From positions 1,152,001 through 1,216,000 of the forward strand of contig OZ243037.1 of assembly GCA_965212015.1 (NCBI GenBank): 64,000 bases of DNA, given 5' to 3'. Position 1 is the stretch's first letter. Every line of letters begins with the position of its first letter. A model generated the notes under the pieces. That model saw nothing but the letters and a program-made list of their open reading frames with translations, was not told the origin of the DNA and searched no databases. The stretch is from Cenarchaeum sp. Its GTDB lineage: Archaea; Thermoproteota; Nitrososphaeria; Nitrososphaerales; Nitrosopumilaceae. Shown piece by piece: positions 9,736-17,313 of the stretch. The position numbers and the translations under genes were made by a program.

Positions 9736-10545
9736 TTGGCAAAATCTATAGAATCGGCCAAGAAAAGGCTGGAGAGGCTAAGGCGCCAGAGGGAGTACTA
9801 TCGGGAAAAGATACTGGCCAAAAACAGGAAAAGCCCGGCAAAATCGGGGGCAAAAAATACCCGTAAAAAATCCAAGACAAAATCCGGCGTATCGGCCAAG
9901 GAAAGGCTCAGAAAATACCAGAAGGAATACTATTGGGAAAATCGGGAAAAAATCCAGGCCCGACGACAAAGATATCGGAAACAACGGAAGGAATACACCC
10001 AGAGGCCGGAGGTAAAGAAAAAATTCCAGAAATACCGGCTAGAATATTATCAGAGGCCGGAGGTGAGGGAGCGGCGAAAGGAATACATGAGAAAATACAA
10101 CCGGCGGCCGGAGGCAAGGGAGCGGCAGAAAGAATACGACCAGAGGCCGGAGGTGAGGAAGCATAAAAGAGAATACCAACAGAGGCCGGAGGTGAGGAAG
10201 CATAAAAGAGAATACCAACAGAGGCCGGAAATAAAGAGAAAACAGAAGGAATACACCCAGAGGCCGGAGGTAAGGGAGCGGCGAAAGGAATACCGTCAGA
10301 GGCCGGAGGTAAAGAAAAAATTCCAGAAATACCGGCTAGAATATTATCAGAGGCCGGAGGTAAAGGAGCGGCAAAAGGAATACAGCCAGAGGCCGGAAAT
10401 AAAGAGAAAACAGAAGGAATACACCCAGAGGCCGGAGGTGAGGGCGCGTAAAAGAAGATACGATCAGAGGTCGAAGGTAAAGGTACGTAAAAGACATTTA
10501 GCAAAGACCAGTGGGAAATCCAAGACAAAGGCCGATAGGAAATAA
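9736..10545 (+). CDS. Extremely basic tandem-repeat protein with ~12 EYxQRPE(V/I) units (13 or 17 aa)
   Basis: 269-aa ORF with TTG start; DNA repeats of 39/51 bp preserve the frame around a conserved CAGAGGCCGGA core. Confidence 0.7.
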   Translation: MAKSIESAKKRLERLRRQREYYREKILAKNRKSPAKSGAKNTRKKSKTKSGVSAKERLRKYQKEYYWENREKIQARRQRYRKQRKEYTQRPEVKKKFQKYRLEYYQRPEVRERRKEYMRKYNRRPEARERQKEYDQRPEVRKHKREYQQRPEVRKHKREYQQRPEIKRKQKEYTQRPEVRERRKEYRQRPEVKKKFQKYRLEYYQRPEVKERQKEYSQRPEIKRKQKEYTQRPEVRARKRRYDQRSKVKVRKRHLAKTSGKSKTKADRK

Positions 10546-10592
10546 TACCAGTCGGATGGCCCTTATGATTGGGACATGCCCCCTTTGATCAT

Positions 10593-10708
10593 GTGACCTG
10601 TACGGGCTTACGGGCCTTGGTGACCTGTACGGGCTTACGGGCCTTGGTGACCTGTACGGGCTTACGGGCCTTGGTGACCTGTACGGGCTTACGGGCCTTG
10701 GTGACCTG
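10593..10708 (+). repeat. 27-bp tandem repeat GTGACCTGTACGGGCTTACGGGCCTTG x4
   Basis: Four exact copies read directly, plus a partial fifth. Confidence 0.95.
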
Positions 10709-10922
10709 GGAGTTGTGTATGTGATTTGTATCCTGTCCGGGCCGGGACTCCGGCCCGGGATGGTTCTGGGCAAGAGGGCCGGCCCTGCCGGCCCGATGAT
10801 GTGATGGGATAGGGCTCCCGTCAGGGAGCCTTGGGCGATGACCTTGAAGTCCGAATGAGTTCGTCGTTGTGGGGATTGTGAGGTAACTGCGAGCTGGAAA
10901 TCCGCGCGCGGGGCTTGAAAAA

Positions 10923-11121
10923 TGGCACTTTTGCAGTCAAAAAAATGCAGTCAAAAGCATTTTTGCAGTCAATTTTTGGCATTTTTGCAGTCAGTAAAAA
11001 GATGCCAAAAGCATTTTTGCAGTCAAAAAAATGCAGTCAAAAGCATTTTTGCAGTCAGTAAAAAGATGCCAAAAGCATTTTTGCAGTCAAAAAAATGCAG
11101 TCAAAAGCGCTTTTGCGGTCG
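10923..11121 (+). repeat. TGCAGTCA / A-tract array (9 exact cores plus 1 variant; 64-bp higher-order duplication)
   Basis: Cores spaced 14, 18, 22, 32, 14, 18, 32, 14, 18 bp. Confidence 0.9.
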
Positions 11122-11241
11122 AAATGGATCCGGATGACAGGACGGCTCAAAAGCCAGAGCAGATAACACAGAGTCGGCTGGCCATCAAGATTGAGAGACT
11201 CCTCTTGGTGATGTGGGACCTGTACGGGCTTACGGGCCTTG

Positions 11242-11365
11242 GTGACCTGTACTGGCCTGTGGGGGCCTTGGTGACCTGTACTGGCCTGTGGGGGCCTTGG
11301 TGACCTGTACTGGCCTGTGGGGGCCTTGGTGACCTGTACTGGCCTGTGGGGGCCTTGGTGACCTG
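11242..11365 (+). repeat. 29-bp tandem repeat GTGACCTGTACTGGCCTGTGGGGGCCTTG x4
   Basis: Four exact copies, preceded by one nearly complete copy of the 27-bp variant. Confidence 0.95.
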
Positions 11366-12060
11366 TGGGGTTGTGTATGTGATTTGTATCCTGTCCGGGC
11401 CGGGACTCCGGCCCGGGATGGTTCTGGGCAAGAGGGCCGGCTCTGCCGGCCCGATGATGTGATGGGATAGGGCTCCCGTCAGGGAGCCTTGGGCGATGAC
11501 CTTGAAGTCCGAATGAGTTCGTCGTTGTGGGGATTGTGAGGTAACTGCGAGCTGGAAATCCGCGCGCGGGGCTTGAAAAACGACCCTTTTGTGGTCGGTA
11601 ATCGACCTCTTTGTGATCGAAACAGGCTGGGATGACGGAACGGCTCAGGAGTCGGAGTAGATAACAGAGTGGGCTGGCCTTCAAGATTGAGAGACTCTCC
11701 TTGGTCATGTGGCCTGTGGCCCTTGGTGGCTTGTGGCCGGCCTTGGTGACTTGTGGGAGTCTAGACTTTGTCCCAGATGGTTTTGGGAGAGGGCCGGCTC
11801 TGCCGGCCTTGGTGTATGGTTCGGCCGGAGACTCTGGCCTATATGATTCCGGGCAAGAGGGCCGAACCTGTGACCCGGGATGGTCCTTGGCTAGTCGGGC
11901 TGGCCTACAGCCCGACGGTGTGGTGGAACGGGGCTCCCGTCAGGGAGCCCCGGGGAAAGACGTTGAGATTACTGAATCGTGGTTCGTTGTTGGGGATTTA
12001 TGAGGTAATGCGAACTCGTCTGTCGTAAATGCGCATACGTGAGGGATATCAGTCATATTT

Positions 12061-12210
12061 CTTTGTGCACATTGTGCACAACCATTGTGCTCTTTGTGCA
12101 CAAAAAAATGTGCATATTGTGCACATTGTGCACAACCATTGTGCATTTTGTGCACAAAAAAAGTGCTTTTTGTGCTCTTTGTGCACATTGTGCATTTTGT
12201 GCACACAGAA
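12061..12210. repeat. Array of palindromic TGTGCACA cores in 9-mers, 54-bp period
   Basis: Eight exact TGTGCACA (12064, 12073, 12095, 12118, 12127, 12149, 12180, 12198) plus degenerate copies. Confidence 0.9.
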
Positions 12211-12227
12211 AGTGCACTTGGTGTACC

Positions 12228-12460
12228 CAGTGTACGCAAAAAGGTGTATTGCGTACACTCAGTGTACCGTCACGTAGCACTCAGTGTACGCAAAAAGGTG
12301 TATTGCGTACACTCAGTGTACCGTCACGTAGCACTCAGTGTACGCAAAAAGGTGTATTGCGTACACTCAGTGTACCGTCACGTAGCACTCAGTGTACGCA
12401 AAAAGGTGTATTGCGTACACTCAGTGTACCGTCACGTAGCACTCAGTGTACGCAAAAAGG
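12228..12460. repeat. 54-bp tandem repeat x4 plus a partial copy, each unit with an 11-bp inverted repeat
   Basis: Unit CAGTGTACGCAAAAAGGTGTATTGCGTACACTCAGTGTACCGTCACGTAGCACT contains AGTGTACGCAA-N9-TTGCGTACACT. Confidence 0.95.
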
Positions 12461-12712
12461 GTACACTTGGTACATTTGGTGTACCCATACGTAGCACTTG
12501 GTGCACTCAGTGTACGCAAAATGGGTGCACTTGGTGCACTTGGTGTACCCATACGTAGCACTTGGTGCACTTTGTGTTACCTCACGTAGCTCTTTGAGCT
12601 ATCCCCACGTAGCTCTTTATGCTCTTTATGCTACCTCACGTAGCTCTTTGAGCTATCCCCACGTAGCTCTTTATGCTCTTTATGCTACCTCACGTAGCTC
12701 TTTGTGCTTTTT
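12461..12712. repeat. Continuation of the 9-mer satellite: a 64-bp-period pair, then a 54-bp repeat x2 (CCTCACGTAGCTCTTTGAGCTATCCCCACGTAGCTCTTTATGCTCTTTATGCTA)
   Basis: Read directly from the sequence. Confidence 0.9.
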
Positions 12713-12946
12713 TACCCAAAGTTGGACTGTGGCATTTGGGCATGACAATCAAAGACCCAAATTAGAAGCAGATTCCATGCGATCAAACCAACGTCTGCCT
12801 GATCTCAAAGAACGACTCAATAATTCCCAAAGCCCCATATTGGCAAGATCCAAGATATTGACCAAGGAAAGACTCGGAAAATACCGCTAGAGGCTCATGT
12901 GGGAATTGTGCTTTTTCTGCAATTTGCGCTAGCAGACCCTCTGACA

Positions 12947-14359
12947 TTAGGATTCCACCTTTTGTGTGATTGGCCGGCGCACAAGGAATCTGCCGTCGGA
13001 GAGCTCCTTGTCCATATCCCACCCCCGGGCCGAATGCTCCAGCAGGCTCTGCTCATCCTTTACAATCTTGCTCTCAAAGGGGTTACGGCCGACAGGCTCT
13101 TCCTGCTTTATCCTGTCTGGGGTCTGCTCTGATTTTGGGTCCTGAGCAAGCACGGGCGGGTCCACCCCGTACATTGTCGCCTGCTGGCGCCACATCTCGA
13201 GCAGCATCTCCTTTTTGTCCATGCCCGCACCAGAGGAGTCGGTGGCCAGAAACATCTGGCTTTGTGTGTATGCGCGCCTCATATCCTCCATCATCTGCTC
13301 TGTCAGCATTCCCTTGTTGGTCGTATATCGCGCCTCCATGTCGCCCTTGTGGCCCATAAAGAACTGCCTGTATGCGTGCGTCATGCACCCGTGGCTTTCG
13401 GCCATGAGCATCTGCGTGTCAAAGTACGCCCTCAGGGCGTACGGCCGGATCTTCATCACGCTCCAGATAATCGGCCGTATGCTAGACGATATGTTTGTCG
13501 TGGTCAGATACAGGTTTGAGTCGTCCTTGCGCCTTCCCTTTATCCTGTATCCATGTCCAACCGCAATCAGTGCAGAGTCCGGCTTCAATATCTCCCCGCG
13601 CGCTATGCGCGCTTGAAGATATCCCAGGACATACTTGCAACCCTGCTCGCTCAGAAACGTCATGTACTTGTTGCGCGTCTTGCTCAGATTCGCCCGTACT
13701 ATTATTCTGGCAGGCATTTTTTCAAATCTAACCCTATCGCCGTCGATTACAAGCTCTGGCATGTCACCAAGGCACAGACCGTCGTCCCTCTCTACGGTGC
13801 CCATAACCTGCGGACGTATTCCGGAGAACGCCATCAGGCTGATTATGACCCTGTCACGCGGGGCTCCGGCATCAAGAATTTGCCGCAGCTGATCCTGATC
13901 CGGAACCTTTTCGTCCTGGATTCTTACCGGCACGTCCTCGTTTCTGATCTTTATCTTGCGCTTTATCTCTATATGGTTGTACTCTAGCCAAGACTTTATC
14001 GCCTTTATCATGCCGCCGATGTATCCCGGCGCATATTTCTGTCCCTCCATCCACGAGACGTGATCAAGCAGTATGTTTTCTACTTGCATTGGATCCTCCC
14101 GTCCAGTCTTTACAAGCTGTTCGGGTGATACTTTGATCCTGTCGCAGAAAAGATTCAGTCGCCGCAACTTTACGCCTGCGCTTAACACGCTTGAGCGGCG
14201 AATGTTATCATACCATCTGCGTATGTCATCATTATTCAATAATAGTTTAGGGGGTTCGGTCGCCATTCTGTTCCAGCTTCGGATCTTTGATTTGGATGTA
14301 ATCGTATTTGTACTTGGCGCATTTTGATCAACGTTGATACCTCTATGTTGTTGCATCAT
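12947..14359 (-). mobile_element. Tyrosine recombinase / site-specific integrase (start possibly at 14266)
   Basis: Catalytic motifs FSGIRPQ (Arg I), KTRNKY (Lys), RPYALRAYF (YxxR in place of HxxR) and FMGHKGDMEARY (His/Tyr); lies directly downstream of the tRNA-Lys 3' end. Confidence 0.92.
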
Positions 14360-14579
14360 CGTTGATACCTCAACTTTGACATTCTTTCATTAGGAATTAT
14401 ATATGGGATGTTTTTATATTGTGAAATAATACGGCGCCCTTCCAATTCTGCCCTTGATTTGAATAATACAATTTTTAAAATCATTTTTTGGAAATGAAAT
14501 TTGTTTACAATTCTAAAATCCAGAATATTTTTTTTGCTCGATTCTGAAAACATTATATCATATAGTTGTGTTAAAAAAA

Positions 14580-14656
14580 TGGCGGGTCTAAGGGGATTCG
14601 AACCCCTGACAGCCGGATTAAGAGTCCGGTGCTCTACCTGGCTGAGCCATAGACCC
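14580..14656 (-). tRNA. tRNA-Lys(CTT), encoded CCA
   Basis: GGGTCTA...CCGGA-CT-CTT-AA-TCCGG...GTTCGAATC...TAGACCC-G-CCA cloverleaf. Confidence 0.97.
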
Positions 14657-14704
14657 GCACACTGATCCAGCTTCAAAGTTGTTATTAACGTTAAGGTGTG
14701 AAAC

Positions 14705-15307
14705 CTAGCTTGCCACTTTGGAGTCTAGCTGCTCATACTTTTCAAGAATCGCAGAAAGGACGGTGGACACTGGTATGTCGTTCATCTTTTTCTTTTCAGA
14801 GAGGAGCTTTTGATAGGCATCAAGCGTAATGTATACCGGAATCGAGCCGTTGCCCTCTAGCAGTCCCCTCACCTTGAACAGGGCAGTCTCCATCCCGCGC
14901 CTGGCGGATTTTTCAAATTTCGCCTTGTTCATGATGGCGCCTAGCGGGCCAAACGGCATCTGATAGTCCACTGTCATGGTGACGCTAGTCAGGTTGTCGC
15001 CTAGCGCCTTGAACTCGTTTGTTATATTCCACCTCTTAAACGGCCCATTGATCTGTTTTGCCGAGATTCTCTCTTCCCTGTCAAATTCCGTAGTCTCGCA
15101 GTCCCATTCGAGCCTTTTTCCGCTAAAGTCGCTGATTATCCTAAAGGTGGTGCCTACGCCCATTCCCTCCTTTATGTCCATGGGAATGACAGTCATGCCC
15201 ACTCCGTTGTCAGTCATTTGGTCAGAGACGTGCTCTGGCCTTGCAAAATACGTAAAGACCGTGCTGACGGGGGCCTTGATATCGATGGACTTGCTCACTA
15301 TCGTCAA
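14705..15307 (-). CDS. SRPBCC / START-domain (polyketide cyclase-like) protein
   Basis: VSKSIDIKAPVSTVFTY start and GPFKRW motif; TTG start chosen. Confidence 0.85.
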   Translation of the reverse strand: MTIVSKSIDIKAPVSTVFTYFARPEHVSDQMTDNGVGMTVIPMDIKEGMGVGTTFRIISDFSGKRLEWDCETTEFDREERISAKQINGPFKRWNITNEFKALGDNLTSVTMTVDYQMPFGPLGAIMNKAKFEKSARRGMETALFKVRGLLEGNGSIPVYITLDAYQKLLSEKKKMNDIPVSTVLSAILEKYEQLDSKVAS

Positions 15308-15342
15308 TAATTGCCTCTCTTGGCAATCTTGATTTAAAGGTT

Positions 15343-15921
15343 TTGACAATATTTTGCAAAAAAATCCCTTACAATATATTCGCCATAATACGCATCCTGA
15401 GCGGAATGGGGGTGTGCGTATTTGGGGCATGCATTGTGCTTTTGGTTTTTCTGACACTCCAGGCGGCCCCGGTCCAGGGCCACTCCCTTTTTAATTCGGC
15501 CGAGGAGTTCATCGGGGGATACAGGGTTCAGATCGCAACGCTGCCCGAGTTCCCGCAGATCGGCGAGGATTCCCAGATTCTGCTGAGGGTGACAGACGCC
15601 GAGTTCGCAGAGGTGGACGATTTTACGGTGGGAACCAGGTTCACCTACAACGGGGATCAGATACTGGCCACAAGCCCGACACCCGTCGAGGGAAGCCACT
15701 GGGAGATGAGCTTTGTCTTTGAGAGGCCCGGCAACCACATCGTATATGTGGACCTGTACGACACTGCACCAGGCAAGATCCTGACGTACACGTTTAACAT
15801 CGGCACGCAGAGCCCGTTTGGATACATCTTTTTTATCGCCATTACAATCGGTGCGGTGACGTTTGCAATTGTAGTCGGCTATATCTATCTGCCAAGGATA
15901 CTCGCAGTGCTCAGGCGCTAG
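15343..15921 (+). CDS. Conserved exported membrane-anchored protein next to the cox cluster
   Basis: Signal peptide ending VQG-HSLFNS (His at mature N-terminus), Ig-like body, C-terminal TM helix; start uncertain. Confidence 0.7.
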   Translation: MTIFCKKIPYNIFAIIRILSGMGVCVFGACIVLLVFLTLQAAPVQGHSLFNSAEEFIGGYRVQIATLPEFPQIGEDSQILLRVTDAEFAEVDDFTVGTRFTYNGDQILATSPTPVEGSHWEMSFVFERPGNHIVYVDLYDTAPGKILTYTFNIGTQSPFGYIFFIAITIGAVTFAIVVGYIYLPRILAVLRR

Positions 15922-16354
15922 CCTTTAGCGGTTTTCTGTCTATTCGAAACGCAAACAGGGTGGTCAGGAGGCTCATTGAGAACAGCAGGATTCCTATTCC
16001 CAGGTGTATTGCAACTAGCACAGAGTGCAGCTTTGTGTCTATTACGAGTGCGCCCAGGGTAATCTGCACCACCACCAATACTGCAGCAAGGATGCTCGTC
16101 ACTTTGATCTGTACTGTGGCGTTTTTGTTCATGCAGCATCCTACTGCGGTGGCAACTATCAGTACGCCGGCGCTTGCGGCCACCAGCCTGTGGACCCACT
16201 CGATAAAATAGCCGTCACCCGGCGCAAGGCCGTCGGGGCACAGCGGCCAGTCCGGACATGTAAGGCCGAGTCCGGCGGCAGACACGTATCCCCCCACAAA
16301 CATCAGGGAGTACAAAACCACAAGGGACGTCAGCGCAAGGTATTTGATCGCCAA
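15911..16354 (-). CDS. ctaA: Heme A synthase (short COX15/CtaA type)
   Basis: GLTCPDWPLC, EWVHRL and IHLG motifs. Confidence 0.9.
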   Translation of the reverse strand: MAIKYLALTSLVVLYSLMFVGGYVSAAGLGLTCPDWPLCPDGLAPGDGYFIEWVHRLVAASAGVLIVATAVGCCMNKNATVQIKVTSILAAVLVVVQITLGALVIDTKLHSVLVAIHLGIGILLFSMSLLTTLFAFRIDRKPLKASA

Positions 16355-16360
16355 GGGTTT

Positions 16361-17302
16361 CTACCTTACAGTCACAATCCCGGTCATGTGCGGATGCACG
16401 GCGCAATAATACGGGTATTCGCCCGCATTCTCAAACGTATAGGAAAACTCGCTTCCCGCCTCAAACGGATAACCCGTGTCAAAGTTTCCATCCGAGCCGT
16501 CGCTGAAAATTCCGCTAGTTACGGTATGCGCCACGGTGTCGTCATTTGACCACGTGACAGTGTCCCCCGCAGAAACTAGCGCATTGGCAGGCAGATAGCA
16601 CGTATTGTCAGCCTTGCATGCAAATGCAGAGGATCCCGGAGTAGTAGAGATGCTTCCGACAAGCTCTGTGAGTTCTGCCTTTACCTCCTGCGGCTCCTCG
16701 GTTTGCGGTTCAGGTTTCGGCTCTGCGGGTTTTGGCGGCTCGGCCTCACCCACTATTATCGTGCCCACCATTCCCAGCTCGCGGTGTCCTGCAACCGTAC
16801 AGATATAGTAGAATATTCCCTCCTCTGGCGCGATAAACTCGGACTGGCCGCCCTCGTTTGCATTCAGGGGATTATTTGGGTGTGCCACCTCCGTTCCCGG
16901 AATTATCCCTGCTGCCCCCTCTTCTGCACCGGTGACTCCAAACGAGTGAAACGACTTGCCGGCATTTATCACGTCAAATACTATCTTGTCTCCCACGTCT
17001 GCCGTTATGGTGGGATTGTGCCCGGGATCGCCGGGCAGCGCGTTGAAGGCCAGATTGCGAAGGTCGCCGGACTCTACAAACGACAGCGATACTGGGATCT
17101 CCTCTCCGGTGAACTCTATTTTGTCATACGTTTTTTGCTCGCCTGCCAGTATGGCGACAATGGGGGGCGGTGCGGATATCCAATAGTCCCACATTGCAAA
17201 GAATATCACGCCTCCGGCTATGCAGATTCCAAGCATGATTACCATCATCTTTATGGTCCTCTCCGGGGAGGTTCTGTATATTGGATCGTTGTTCTGGCTC
17301 AT
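16361..17302 (-). CDS. Membrane-anchored blue (type 1) copper protein with two cupredoxin domains
   Basis: TM helix; H...CTVAGHRELGM and HTVT...YYCAVHPHM ligand sets. Confidence 0.88.
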   Translation of the reverse strand: MSQNNDPIYRTSPERTIKMMVIMLGICIAGGVIFFAMWDYWISAPPPIVAILAGEQKTYDKIEFTGEEIPVSLSFVESGDLRNLAFNALPGDPGHNPTITADVGDKIVFDVINAGKSFHSFGVTGAEEGAAGIIPGTEVAHPNNPLNANEGGQSEFIAPEEGIFYYICTVAGHRELGMVGTIIVGEAEPPKPAEPKPEPQTEEPQEVKAELTELVGSISTTPGSSAFACKADNTCYLPANALVSAGDTVTWSNDDTVAHTVTSGIFSDGSDGNFDTGYPFEAGSEFSYTFENAGEYPYYCAVHPHMTGIVTVR

Positions 17303-17313
17303 CTTTATATCAT

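Larger units (their letters stand above)
10541..12015 (+). repeat. Three homologous hairpin-rich units (~10541-10922, ~11125-11580, ~11625-12015); candidate structured RNA or ssDNA elements
   Basis: 10712-10922 and 11370-11580 are identical except one loop base. The third copy is diverged but keeps the stems. The 5' parts (ATAA..GTCGG.TGGCC...GATTG...ATGTG) align in all three. Confidence 0.85.

Noticed and set aside
10498-11708. ORFs such as RSPRPVSPY-repeat or 217-aa minus-strand proteins
   Set aside because: They are translations of the DNA repeats; homologous units do not keep a common frame (27- versus 29-bp inserts).
10712-12015. Group II intron, retron or DGR template/variable repeats
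   Set aside because: No reverse transcriptase in the window, no domain V consensus, and the differences between copies are not adenine-specific.
10593-12712. CRISPR array
   Set aside because: The repeats are head-to-tail with no unique spacers of constant length, and no cas genes are present in the window.
12029-12890. Cys/His-rich ORFs (CTLCT/VHIVH repeats) as metal-binding proteins
   Set aside because: Several frames on both strands are open simply because the 9-mer satellite lacks stop codons; no frame is preferred and a 64-bp-period segment shifts the frame. Not fully excluded.
12783-13022. Small ORF downstream of the integrase (possible excisionase)
   Set aside because: No recognisable HTH or RHH pattern; cannot be supported.
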